This document shows positions 44,001 to 57,605 of a stretch of DNA of 64,000 bases, piece after piece (the stretch's first letter is position 1; every line of letters begins with the position of its first letter). A model generated the notes under the pieces. The model had not been told where the DNA came from, did not search any database, and worked only from the letters and a program-made list of their open reading frames with translations. Source of the stretch: the human T2T-CHM13v2.0 reference genome, Homo sapiens; NCBI RefSeq assembly GCF_009914755.1, contig NC_060929.1. The stretch is one strand, 5' to 3'. The position numbers and the translations under genes were made by a program.

Positions 44001-46011
44001 CATGAACTATGCTATAAAGTTGACTACACAATCAGCTGCAAAACAATTCTCAGCAAATTCAAAAAAACCAAAATCATACCTACCACACTTTTGTACCACA
44101 TGCAATAAAAATACACATCAATACTAAGGAGATTGCTCAAAACCATACCATTACATGGAAATTAAACAATCTGCTCCTGAATGACTTTTGCATAAACAAT
44201 GAAATTAAGCCAGTAATGAATAAGTTCTTTGAAACTAATGACAACAAAGACACAACATACCAGGATCTCTGGGACACAGCCAAGGCAGTGTTAACAGGGA
44301 AGTTTATAGCGCTAAACACCAGTGTCATAAAGTTAGAAAGATCTCAAATGAACAACATAACATTACACTTAGAGAAGCTAGAGAAACAAGAATAAACCAA
44401 TGTCAAAGCTAGCAGAGGACAAGAAATATCCAAAATCAAATCTGAACTGAAGGAAATTGAGATGTAAAAAACTTACAAAAGATCGATGAATCCAGAAGTT
44501 GATGTTTTGAAAGAATAAATAAGATTGATAGACTGCTAGCTAGACTAATAAAGAAAAAAGAGAGAATATCCAAATGAATACAATCAGAAATGACAATGGG
44601 GACATTACCACTGACCCCTCAGAAATAAAAAAAAAAAATCTCTCAGACACTATCATGAAAAACTCTATGCACATAAACTAGAAAATCTACAAGAAATGGA
44701 AAAGAATCTGGAAGCATAAACTCCCAAGATTGAACCTGGAATAAATTTAAATCTTGAACAGAAAAATAATGAGTTACAAAAGTGAATCAGTAATAAAAAG
44801 GCTGCCAACCAGGAAAAGGCCAGTACTAGATGGATGCACAGCCAGGTTATTCCAGACATATAAAAAGAGCTGGTATCATTTCTACTAAAACTATTTCAAA
44901 AGACTGAATCAGAGGATCTCCTACCCTAACTCATTCTCTGAGGTCACCATCTTTCTGATACCAAAACCTGACAGAGACACACACGCATAAACACAAACAC
45001 ACACAAAAACTGCAGGCCAAAATTCTTGATGAACATAGAAGAAAAATTCTCAACAAAATACTAGCAAACTGAATCCAGCAGAACATCAAAATCGAATCCA
45101 CCTAGATTAAGTAGGCTTCATTCTGGAATGCAAGATTTTTTCAACATATTCAAATCTATAAATCTGATTTATTACATAAACAGAACTAAAAACAAAACCA
45201 CACGATCATCTCAATAGATATAGAAAATGCTTATGATAAGATTCGACATACCTTCATGTTAACAACCTTCAACCAACTGGGCATTGAAAGAACATACTTT
45301 ACAATAATTAGATTCATCTATGGCAAACCCACAGCCAACATCATAATGAATGAGCAAAAGGTGGAAGCATTACTCTTGAGAACTGGAACAAGACAAGGAT
45401 ACCCACCCTTACTACTATTGTTTAATGTAGTACTGGAAATCCTAGTCAGAGTAATTAGGTAAGAGAAAGAAATAAATGGCATCCAAATAGGAAGGGAAGT
45501 CACACTAGCTGTGTCTGCAGACAACATAATATTTTAGCTAGAAAACCCCATAGTCTCTGCCTAAAAGCTCCTAGGTCTGATAAAAAAACCTCAGCAAAAT
45601 TTCAGAATACAAAATCAATATACAAAAATTAGTAGGTTTCTGTACACCAAAAATGTCCATGCTGAGTGCCAAATCAAGAACACAATCGTATTTACAATAA
45701 TCAAAATAAAATAAAATACCTAGGAATACAGCTAAGCAGGAAGGTGAAAGATCTCTACAATGAGAATTATAACACACTGCTCAAAGAAATCAGAGATAAT
45801 ACAAACAAATGGAAAAACATTCAGTGCTCATGGATAGGTAGAAGCAATATTGTTAAAATGGCCATACTCTCCAAAGCAATTTACACATTTGTTGATATTC
45901 CTATGAAACTACCAACATCATTCATCACAGAATTAGAAAAAAAGAAACTATTCTAAAATTCATATGGAACCAAAAAAGGGCCCAAATAGCCAAAGCAATC
46001 CTAAGTAAAAG

Positions 46012-46077
46012 GAACAAAACTGGAGGTATCATATTACCCCACTTGAACAAAACTGGAGGTACCACATTATCCAACTT
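46012..46077 (+). repeat. 33-bp tandem duplication in old L1 ORF2
   Basis: gaacaaaactggaggtatcatattaccccactt / gaacaaaactggaggtaccacattatccaactt. Confidence 0.9.
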
Positions 46078-47292
46078 CGAACTAAGCTAAAACTATTCTA
46101 AAACAAAACAGCATGGTACTGGTATGAAAACAGTCATATAGACCCACGGAACTGAATAGAGAACTAATAAATAAAATCTCCACCTACAAGCATCTGATCT
46201 TCAACGGTTGGCCAAAACAAGCAACGGTGAAAGAACTACCTATTCAATAAGTGCTACTGGGATAATTGGCTAGCTATATGCAGAAGATTGAAACTGGACC
46301 ACTTTCTTATGCCACATACAAAAATCAGCTCAAGACAGGTTAAAAAACTTAAAACCTGTAACTATCAAAATCCTTGAAGATATTCTAGGAAATGCCATTC
46401 TGGACATAGGCCCTGTCAAAGATTTCATGACAAAGATCCCAAAAGCTATTGCAACAAAAATAAGAATTTAAAAATGAGATTTAAGTAAACTAAAGAGGTT
46501 CTGCACAACAAAGGAAACTATCAAGAGAGTAAACAGACAACCTATAGAATGGAAGAAAATATTTGCAAATTATGCATCCAACAAAGGTATAGTGTCCAGA
46601 ATCTATAAGGAACTTAAACAAATTAGCAAGCAAAAAAACAAACAATCCCATGAAATTGTGGGAAAAGTGCATGGACAGACACCTCTGAAAAGAAGATACA
46701 TGCAGACATCGAGCATATGAAAAAATGCTGAACATTACTTAATTAGAGAAATGAAAATCAAAACAACAATGAGATACCAGCTCACACCAGTTAGAATGGT
46801 TATTACTAAAAAGTCAAAAAATAACAGACGCTATTGAGGTTTTAGAGAAAAGGGAATGCTTATACACTGCTGGTGGGAATGTAGATTAGTTTAGCCATTG
46901 TGGAAAGCAGTTTGGCAACTCCTCAAAGAACTTAAAACAGAATTACCATTCGACTCAGCAATCCCAATATTGGGTATATACCCAAAGGAAGATAAATAAT
47001 TCTGTCATAAAGACACATGCATGTATATGCGTACTGCAGCACTATTCACAATATTAGAGACACAGAATCAACCTAAATGTTTATCATTGCTAGACTGGAT
47101 AAATAAAAAGTGGTTTATATACACCATAGAATACTTTGCAGCCTTAAAAAAAATGAGATTATGTCATTTGCAGCAACATGGATGGAGCTGGAGGCCATTA
47201 TCTTAAGTGAACCGGTGCAGGGACAGAAACCCAAATACTGCAGGTTCTCACTTGCAAGTGGGACCTAAACATCGAGTATCCATGGACACAAA

Positions 47293-47714
47293 TGTATTAG
47301 CGCATTCTCACATTGCTACAAGGAACTCCTGAGACTGGGTAACTTATAAAAAGAAGAGGTTTAAATGTCTCATTGTTCTGCAGGCTGTATAGGAAGCATG
47401 ATTCTGGCATCTGCTTCTGGCATTCTGCTTCTTGCCTCAGGAAACTTAACAATCCTGGTGGAAGGCAAAGGTAGAGCCAGCACTTTACATGACTGGAGCA
47501 GGACAAAGAGAGGAATCGAGAGGTGCTAAACACATTTAAATAACCAGATCTTGTGAGAACTCTATCACAAGACAGCACCAAGGGGTCGGTGTTAAACCAT
47601 TTATGAAGGATGTAACCCCACGATCCAATCACCTCCCACCAGGCCCTACCTGCAACAATGGGGATTGCAATTTGACATGTGATCTAGGTGGAGACACAAA
47701 TCCAAATAACATCA
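47293..47714 (-). mobile_element. MST (MSTA/B-like) solo LTR in the L1 3'UTR
   Basis: tgtattag...aataacatca; perfect TSD acaaa at 47288-47292 and 47715-47719. Confidence 0.93.
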
Positions 47715-47901
47715 ACAAAGAAGGGAACACCAGACATCAGGATGTAGCAGAGGGTAGAGGTTGGGAGGAGGGTGAGGATCTTAAAACTACCTGTTGGGAG
47801 TGTGCTTATTACCTGGGTGACAAAATAATCTGTACACCAAACCCCCATGGCACACAATTTGCCTGTATAACAAACCTACACATACACCTCTGATACTAAA
47901 A

Positions 47902-48041
47902 AAGCAGAATGCCAGAAGCAGATGCCAGAATCATGCTTCCTATACAGCCTGCAGAACAATGAGACATTTAAACCTCTTCTTTTTATAAGTTACCCAGTCT
48001 CAGGAGTTCCTTGTAGCAATGTGAGAATGCGCTAATACATT
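47902..48041 (+). repeat. Perfect 140-bp inverted copy of 47291-47430
   Basis: Base-by-base reverse-complement match with no mismatch found; 471-bp spacer. Confidence 0.97.
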
Positions 48042-49108
48042 AAATAAATACAAATAAATTAAGTAATTAAAAAAAGAACTGAAAAATTGTTTAAACTTTT
48101 TAAAAAATCTTTATAGATAATGTATCACCAAATACAGAGCAACAATAAAGAGATATGAATTATTTAAACAAAAGAGGGGTGAAATAAAATTCTGGAATTA
48201 AGAAGAATAATAATTACATTAAAATTCACTGAAGATGTTCAAAAGTTATTTGGAGCTGGCAGAAGAAAGAATCCATGAACATGAAGATAGGACAGTTGAG
48301 ATAATCCATAATAATATGCAGAAAGAAAAATAACTGTAAAGGTGAACAGCACCTCAGAGATTTGTAGGGCACCATCAACTGTACTAACAAACGCATAATA
48401 GGAATCTCAGCTTGTAAGGAGAGAGAGAAATAAATAATATGTGGATACATTATGGCTGAAAACATCCTAAATGTGATGAAAAATATTAATCTCTGCCACC
48501 AAGACTCTTGATAAATTCAAAATAGGATAAACTCAAAGAGATCCACCCCTAGATATAGACACATCATATTCAAGCTGCTGAAAGCCAAAACTAAAAGAAG
48601 AACCTCAAAAGCAGAAAAAAAAAGAACAAAAACAAAGCAGGATAAATATAAATTCTAAACTGGTCACATACAGGGAATCCTCAATGAAATTAACAGCTGA
48701 CTTTCCATCAGAAACAATGGATGCCAGGAGGCAGTCTTAAAACACACTCAAAGGGAATGAAACAGTCAACCAACAATGTTATATCCAGTAAAATGAACCT
48801 TTCAAAATAAAAAACAAATTAAGAAATTATTAAATTAAAAAAGAGAGTTCATTGCTAGTAGAATACCCACAAAAACCATCTAATGGGAGTCATTCAATTT
48901 TAAATTAAAAGTCACTGAATAATAACATGAATAAACAAAAGATAATAAAGAATCAGGTGAAGGCAAAGGTAATAACTCAGGTAAGGCAACTATAAAAGTT
49001 ATATGAAAGTGAATATAAAAGTGCAATGGATTCTTGTTTATATATCTTTTCTTCTCATATTATTTTAAAATATTATATAATGCAATGGTTATAAACTTAT
49101 TTGAATAA

Positions 49109-49605
49109 TGTGATGGTTAGTTTTATATGTCAACTTTACTGGGTCACAGGATTCTCAGCTGGTTAAACATTATCTCTGAGTGTGTCTATGAGGGTGCATC
49201 TAGAGGACACTAACATTTGAATTGGTGGACAGAGTAAAGTAGATGGACCTCTCCAGTTGTGGTGGGCCTCATCCCATTTCTTCAGGGCTCAAATAGAATG
49301 AAAAGGTGGAGGAATGTTAAACTAATGGCCAGACTGTTTGAGGTATGACAGTGATCTTCTCCTGCTCTGAGAACTCCTGATTCTCAGGCCTTCAAATCTA
49401 GGCTAGAATCTGTATAATCTTCTCTCTGGTTCTCAGGCTTTGAACCAGCTTTCCTGGATCTCCAGCTCACAGAAGGCAGATTCTGGGACTTCTCAACTTC
49501 TACAATTGCATGAACCAATAGCTTATAAGAAACCTCTTTATATATTCAGTAGAAGATACACATCTCCTATTAATTCTCTTTATCTACAGAGCTACGACTA
49601 ATACG
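49109..49605 (+). mobile_element. MLT2 LTR
   Basis: tgtgatggttagttttatatgtcaactt...tctcctattaattctc...gactaatac. Confidence 0.85.
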
Positions 49606-51322
49606 GATGGGATTATAATATATTAGCACGTAAATGAACAATTATAATGTATAAGAAGAGGAAAGGAAAGGACCATATTGCTATAAAGCTTTTGTATAGT
49701 ATTGAAATGAAGTTTACAAGATTTGAACAAGATTATTCTAAATTAAGATGGTAGTGATAATCCGTAGGCAAACCACTAAGACAATTAACTTAAAAACAAT
49801 AAAATTGAATCAAAATGATATACTAGAATTTATATATTTAGCATAAAAGGCAGTAATGAGAAATATAAAAATAAACACATGAAAATATAGACTATAGACT
49901 ATAAATAGCAACAAGACAAAAGTAATTACATTATATGTTAATTGATTAAAACTTCCAACCAAAAGCAGAGAGGCAGAAATTAACAGATTTAAGAAATGAT
50001 CCTACTATATGTTGTATGTTCTCTACAAAAGATAAAAATTAGGTTGCAAGACACAAATAGGTTCAAAGTAACCAAATGGAAAAAAGTACCAGGTCAACAA
50101 TAACCAAAAGAGCAAAAGAGTAATAGTGGTTATACTAATAAAGACAAAATATCCTTTAAGACAAAAATTGTTATGGAGACAAATATGAACATATTATAAT
50201 GATAACATTTTCAATGCATCAGAAAAACACAAGTATTATGAATGTATTTGGTGTTACAACACAACTTGTTAATACATGAAGCAAAAATGGGCATAAATCA
50301 AAGGAAAAATATACAATTCAAGATCACCGCTGAATACTTTCATATCCCACTTTCAGTAATGGATGTATCAATGTGCAAAAATCAATTGAATACTAGCAAT
50401 GAATAATCTGAAAATGTAATTAAGAACATTTAATTTACAGTAAAATTAAGAAAAAATAAATTCCTTGGGAATAAACTTATCAAAATAAGTGAAATATTCA
50501 TTCACTGTGAAATTCAAAATATAATTTAATTATATTACAGAGGACATAAGTAAATCTAAAGTTGTCTCTTCATCATAGATCAGATGATTTGTTATTGTTA
50601 AGATGACAATACTCCCCAAATTGAACCACATATTTAACACAATCTCTACCAAAATCACAGTTGGATTTTTTTTTTTTTGGCAGAAATTGTCAAGATGATC
50701 ACATAATGCAAGGAACTTAGAATAGACAAAACCTCTTGAGAAGGAGAAACAAATTTAGAGGATTCACATTTCCAATTTCACAATTTACTTCTTAGTGCAG
50801 TAATCAAGACAGCATGGTCTAAGCATAAGAATAGACATAGAGAACAAAGGAATAAAATTGAGAGTCTAGAAATAAGCCCATACTTTTATGTTTATCCAAT
50901 TTTGACAAGATTGCCAAGAAAATTCAATGGGGACACAATTTTCTTTTCGACAGTGAGTGCTGGGACGAACAGATACACACATGCAAAAGAATGAAGTCAG
51001 ACTTCATTCTCAACCTAGATTCAAGAATTCATACAAAATTTATCATGGACAAAATAGAAGAGCTAAAATTATAAACTTATAAAAGAAAGGTAGGATTAAA
51101 TCTCTGTGAGCCTGAATTAGGCAATGGTTTCTTAGATAGGACACCAAAACCTAAGAAACAAAAAAAGTTGGTAATTTGGATTTCACCAATGATAAAACTT
51201 TTGTGTTTCAAAGGACATCATGAAGTAAGTGAAAAGTCAACCCACAGAATGGAAGAAAATGTCTTCAAATTATATATCTGAAAAGGAGATTTTATCTAGA
51301 ATAAATATACAAATATTTTCCA

Positions 51323-51629
51323 GTCTGGGCGCGGTGGCTCAAGCCTGTAATACCAGCACTTTAGGAGGCTGAGGCAGGCGGATCACGAGGTCAGGAGATC
51401 GAAACCGGCCTGACCAACATGGTGAAACCTCGTCTCTACTGAAAATACAAAAATTAGCTGGGCGTAGTGGCATGCGCCTGTAATCCCAGCTACTCAGGAG
51501 GATGAGGCAGGAGAACTGCTTGAACCCGGAAGGCTGAAGTTGCAGTCAGAGGAGATTGTGCCCACTGCTCCAGCCTGGGCCACAGAATGAGACTCCATCT
51601 CAAAAAATAAAATAAAATAAAATAAAAAA
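51323..51629 (+). mobile_element. AluS
   Basis: Full Alu dimer with (AAAAT)n tail. Confidence 0.96.
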
Positions 51630-53815
51630 TTCCAACTCAATAATAAAAAGAAATATTATACAGTAATATTATATAAAATTAAGAAAATCATTAAGAAAAC
51701 TAAGAAAAGGATTACCAAATAATGTTAGTAGACATTTATCCAAAGAAAATATATAAATTATCAATAAGCATATGAAAATGTGCTCAACATCATTAATTAG
51801 GTAACCCCAATCAAAACCACAATGAGATACCATTGCACTCATTAAGATGGCTATAATTCAAAAAGAAAAATAATAAACAGTGGTGGAGTTATACATGTCC
51901 AGTGGGAATATAAAATAATGTAGTTGTTTTGAAAAATGGTTTGAAGTTTTCTCAGCTTCTTAAACATAGTTGCCTATCATATAACCAATTATTTTCACCC
52001 CTAAGTGTACATGCAAGAGACATGCAAACATATGTCCAAACAAAAACTTGAAGTGAATATTCATATTGGCATTATTTATAATAATTAAAATGTGGAAACT
52101 ACCCAAATGTCTGGAAACTTATGAGTAGATAAATGCAATATTGTATATCCAAACAATGGCGTATTCTTTAGTAATAAAAATGAAGTATTATTAATATATG
52201 CCTCAGTATAGATGTACAATGAAAATGTTATACTAAGTGAAAGAAGCTAGTTATTTAAAAAATGACACGTTGTTGAAGTAGATCTATATAAAAATGTCTA
52301 GAATAGGCAAATCTATAAGAAGATAAATAATTGTGAATGACAATGTCTGAGGGAGGGTCAATGGGGAATGATGGCTAATGGTTACTTTGGCAGAGGAAAG
52401 GGTGATGAAAATATTTTTAACTTAGTTTTTGCTTACGGTTGTACAACTGTGTATATACTAAAAACCATTACATTTTATACTTTAACTGGTTGAAGCCATT
52501 TTATGGCTTGTGAATTATATCTCAATAAAATGTCTTAAAAAGTAAATAAGTAAATGCAGTGGTACTCTGTGGAACATTGAAGAGGACAAGTTGTATACAG
52601 GGGAACAGTTGGATGAACAGGTCAGTAATTTCATATCGGTTTTATTTAGGCTGTTGATGTTAGGATGGTAATGGTGATTTTAAGAAAAGACTTAATGTTA
52701 TCTATAGTACATGACTAGCTGTGGGGATGAAGTTCACTAAGGTGGTTACCCCAATAGCTCTGATAGTTTTTAATGCTACTCTGACAGGCAGAAATCATAC
52801 ATTCATTAATAAACACATTAGTAAATCCTTTAATGTATTATATTCATACATACAATTTCAGCTATATACACAAAATATATTCTTTAGCTTTTCAGCAATA
52901 TTAAAATCGCACAATGTAAGGCTACAATTATTCCAAAAGAGCCCTTAAAACATTTTTACTACTGGTAATAAGTCAGCTTTTCTGTAAAGTTATACCCCAT
53001 GGAAAACATGTGAAGAAAATTCTCTGTGCTAACCTCATCTCCAGGCAATAGTAACTATCCACTTCCCTTTCAGCAGCTACAAGGTAACCCTGAAAAGTCC
53101 TTCCTTACACGGGTGATGATCACTTTAAAGAAAGGAGAAAAGGAAAAAGAAACTAAAACATTTTCTCTAACAAGCACCAGATGCTACAAAGTGCTGCATA
53201 AGCACAGGACAAAAGTACTCCTTTTCACAGGCAGGGAATAAAATACAGTAAATTGCCCAGACAGAACAGCAAAATGGCGCAGATTGCGCTTCCTCTCTTA
53301 GGATCATCAGATGATTAGGGAGCATGGTCTCATTAGAGTCTCTTGGAACAAATTGACAAACTGGTGTGTTTTCCTTCATTTAGTGGACATAAACGTTGTT
53401 TATCTTCCTAAATGCAATGGTTAAAAGTCTCAATCATCAAAGCATATTGAGTGTATCAATGAAAATTTATTCCTCTTTGGTCAGTTACTATGAAATTCAG
53501 TGAGAAAAAAATAAGTTAGTAATGTCTACTTATAGTAGAGATTCTGTATAGTACAACTTCTTCAGCTTCAAATTGTTACTGCTATTGTTGCTGTTTCTTT
53601 TTCTTGGCAATTCATCTGACAGGAAATTTTACATTTTAAGCAAGAAGAACCCAAGAATGAACCAAAATATAGGGCTCAGATTAATTCACTCATACAAGCA
53701 CACACACAATAACAATAATCATAAATCATTGATCATTTCCTATGTGTTAAGTTCTGGATTGAGAACAGCCAATACAACACTCATCTAGAAACTGAGAGTT
53801 TAATGAGGGAACTCA

Positions 53816-54359
53816 TGTATTAGACTTCTCTAGAGGGACAGGAATATTAGGATAGATGTATATATGAACTGGAGTTAATTAAGGAGTTTTGACTCAAAGG
53901 ATCACAAGGTGAAGTCCCACAATAGGCCAGTCTGCAAACTGAGGAGCAAGAAAGCCAGGCAGCATCCCAAAACCTCAAAAGTAGGGAAGCTGACAGTGCA
54001 CCTTCAGTCTGTGGCCAAAGGCCCAAGAGCCTCTGGCAAACCACTGGTGTAGGTCCCAGAGTCCGAAAGCTGAAAAACTTGGAGTCTGATGTTTGAGGGC
54101 GGCAAGCATCCAGCACGGGAGAAAGATGGAGGCTGGAAGAGTCAGCTGGTCTAGTCCTTCCAAGTTCCCCCGCCTGCTTTCATTCTAGCTGTCTGAAGCT
54201 GATTATATGGTGCCCACCCAGATTGAGGGTGGGTCTGCCTCTCCCAGTCCACTGACTCCAATGTTAATCTCCTTTGGCAACACCCTCACAGACACCCCCA
54301 GGAACAATACTTTGCATCCTCCAATTCAAACAAGTTGACACTAAGTGTTAACCGTCATA
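53816..54359 (-). mobile_element. MLT2A LTR
   Basis: tgtattag...ctctagagggacag...caagttgacactaagtgttaaccgtcata; TSD actca / gctca; inside antisense L2-like sequence. Confidence 0.92.
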
Positions 54360-54480
54360 GCTCAATACATAAATAAAATAACATACCTTGATGGTAGAGG
54401 TATGCTCAGGAGTTACACAAGGACAGGCTGTGAGCACTTTCTCTGTCAGGAGTGGTCGTCAGGTAAGAATGCCTGGAGAA

Positions 54481-54804
<324 letters not shown>

Positions 54805-56707
54805 CTAAATTGCCAGTGAACTGAATAGTAGTTAGCTATGAAGAGGATTAGTGGAAAGGATACTTCAGGGACTGAGGATAGCATGAAGCAAATTAGAAGG
54901 CTGTGAAGTAGTGTCGTGTGTGTGGAGAGGAATTACAAGCAATCCAGAATCATGGCACGGAGCAGAGAGGAGTGCAAGCAGTAAAGGTTAAGCTAATTCA
55001 AACTTCCAAGTTATATAGAGCTATATAAGCTAAGTCCTAGTTCCAATATTTTCAATAACCACTAATGTGGCTGGGCAAGTTTTTAAATCTTTCTGGGATG
55101 ATATTTAAGCTTTTCTTCTTCTTTTTTTTTTTTTTTTTTCAAATTTTCATTAATTGATCTGCAAATCTTTATCTGCAATTGGCCGTCTTGACACTGACCA
55201 CAGCCAACATGAGGCAATTGCCGACTGCTCTAAACTGAATTGGAACCAAGAGGGACCCAGACTCTTGGTTGGGCCATCAAGAGTTCTGAACGTGCTAGTT
55301 TACGAGACTTGGAAATAACATTTTTACTTTCCAGTTTCCAAAGGCTTAAGTCCTTGTAAAGGAGCAAATCGTTTTATTTTTACCTGGTAAACTCAGTTTG
55401 CTGATTCTCTCCCCACTAATTAGCCCCATTCTGCTTAGGTCTCTGGTGCTCAGGATGAGTGCCTCAGAGTAGAACATGAAACATTTTTAATATGATCCAC
55501 CCCAATACAGTTGAATCAGAAATTCAAGAGGGAGTGCTCAAAACACATACTGTTTCAGGCCCGAGTGACTTACAGTCAACCTATTAATCAGGAAGATTTA
55601 ACTGAGGACTGTCTTTTATGTAATTTCTGCAAATAAAATCTTTTGTTTCTCTTTATTCATTCTTTTCAGAAAAAAATAATGAATTTAACAAATACATTGA
55701 ATAACAACCATATGCAGGGAGAGGAGCAGAGAGAAAAAATAAACAATAAAGAAAGTGGTAACAAAATATCCCTAATTTTGATGATTTGCAGCCAACAGTC
55801 ATGCAGTGAAACCATATCTTCATTTCTCTGATATGGATCCACTCTATTAAATTTTGCCCTGAAGTTCATGATAGTTTTGCCAGCCTCCATGACAAATTTT
55901 CTTTTGCTCACCTTCATTGAGAGAGACGATATTACTTTTTTGCTTCAGCTCATGGTGAGAACCAATGTGATAGTATATACAAAATACCTTTGAAAATAGC
56001 AAGTGATTTCAGAAAATCTAACACTATTTTGTCATGTATTACTTTAATAATCTTAAAACACATATCTCCTATATTTCTGTTTCCTATAGGATATGTCCAA
56101 ACTTCTTAACACAATCCTACTCTGTTTACGTTATCTTGTTTTTCTAATTCTCCTCTACTTCTTTGCCCTAATCGCACCAAAGCACCCATAATTATTTGAT
56201 CATGATATCTACATCATTGGCTCATTCCCATTCATATAATTTAACATCTAATTTTTTGGCTGCTGCTGAATTTCCACTGGTCCAGTTGTCATGTTCTCTG
56301 GGAGCTGTGTTTTTATTTTCTTCATATAGCATTAATTGTCCCTTTCTTATAATACCACCAACCTGAAAAAATATCATATGACTTTTTAAAACTTTTCCTT
56401 TACCTTACAAACCTACATCTTCTCAATGAGCACAACATGCAAAACCCATCACTTTCCAATGTATATCATTATCCACGCATTGTTATGTCTTGCTTGGAAA
56501 ATGGAAGAGTTTCCCTGCTTATTCTCTGGTCACTATTCATACGATTCTCTACCAGCCACCAAAATCATCTTTGGAAAATACAAGCCAATCATTTTATTCC
56601 CTATTTTAAAGTATTTTAAGAGCCTCCACTTGAAGTTGTATTAACATTTTCAAGCTTTCTGATGTGCCTTCTGCCAACTTCCCCCACTTCACTTCACCCT
56701 CACCTGC

Positions 56708-57278
56708 TATATTAGTTAGGGTTCTCTAGAGAGATTGACCAATACGATAGATAGACACATACGTACATACATAGATGTAGACACATGAGAGGATATTTAG
56801 GGAAATTGACTCACTTGATTATGGAGGCTGAGAAGTCCTACAAAAGGCTGTCTGCAAACTGAAGCCCCTGGGATGCTGCGGGTGTGGCTTAGTCCAATTC
56901 CAAAGGTCTCAGAACCGGGGAAGCTGATGGTGTGCCTTTCAGTCCAAGGCCAAAGTCCTGAGAATCAGAATGGGTTTGAGGGGGTACTAGTGCAAACCCT
57001 AAAGTCTTGGAGTTCTGACATCCGAGGATGGAGAATAAGATTGTCTCAGCTCCAATAGAGAGAGAGGAAATCACATTTTCTCTGCCTTTTTTGTCTATTT
57101 GGGGCCCCAAGTGGTTGATGGTGCCTGTCCTCATAGAGAGCAGATCTTCCCCACTTGGTCTGCTGAATCACACACCAATCTCCTCCAGAGTCACCCTCAC
57201 AGGCCCACCCAGAGCAGCACTTTACCGGTTCGCTAGCTATTCCTTAACTCAAGTTTACACCTAAAACTGACCATCATA
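56708..57278 (-). mobile_element. MLT2 LTR
   Basis: tatattagttagggttctctagaga...cctaaaactgaccatcata; perfect TSD cctgc at 56703-56707 and 57279-57283. Confidence 0.92.
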
Positions 57279-57283
57279 CCTGC

Positions 57284-57605
57284 TCTGCCCAAGCCACACA
57301 GAATCCCTTCTTTGAATATGCTGGATTTTTTCTTGCCTTAGGCCCTTTGCACTAACCAAGGCTTCTGCTAGGGTGCTCTGCTCACTGATCGTTACTTGGC
57401 CAACTCTTTCTTGCTATTCAAATATCAATGAGTGGCTTATACTAAAAAGATATCTTAAAATTTTTATGTTTATTTCCTCACACTAAAATATAATCCCTGG
57501 AGAGGGCCTTTCTCAGGCTTCTTTATTGCTATATTTCTAGTGTCTTGAATAATGCCTAATAATGAAGCAACTCAATGCATGTTTTTGGTGAGTGAATGGA
57601 TGTTA
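57284..57605 (+). mobile_element. L2 3' end
   Basis: cttgccttaggccctttgcact...aatgcctaataatgaagcaactcaatgcatgtttttggtgagtgaatgg. Confidence 0.65.

Larger units (their letters stand above)
48081..52545 (+). mobile_element. Old L1M (L1MB-like): ORF1, deleted ORF2 and 3' end
   Basis: Continues the L1M ORF1-like sequence left at about 37930; ends tgtgaattatatctcaataaaa; interrupted by MLT2 and Alu. Confidence 0.8.

Noticed and set aside
46012-46077. 33-bp tandem duplication in L1 ORF2
   Set aside because: Units differ at 4 positions inside a dead L1; an ordinary old slippage event.
53270-53290. YY1-like motif caaaatggcgc with a small gcgca/tgcgc palindrome
   Set aside because: Single short motif with no CpG island or other promoter evidence.
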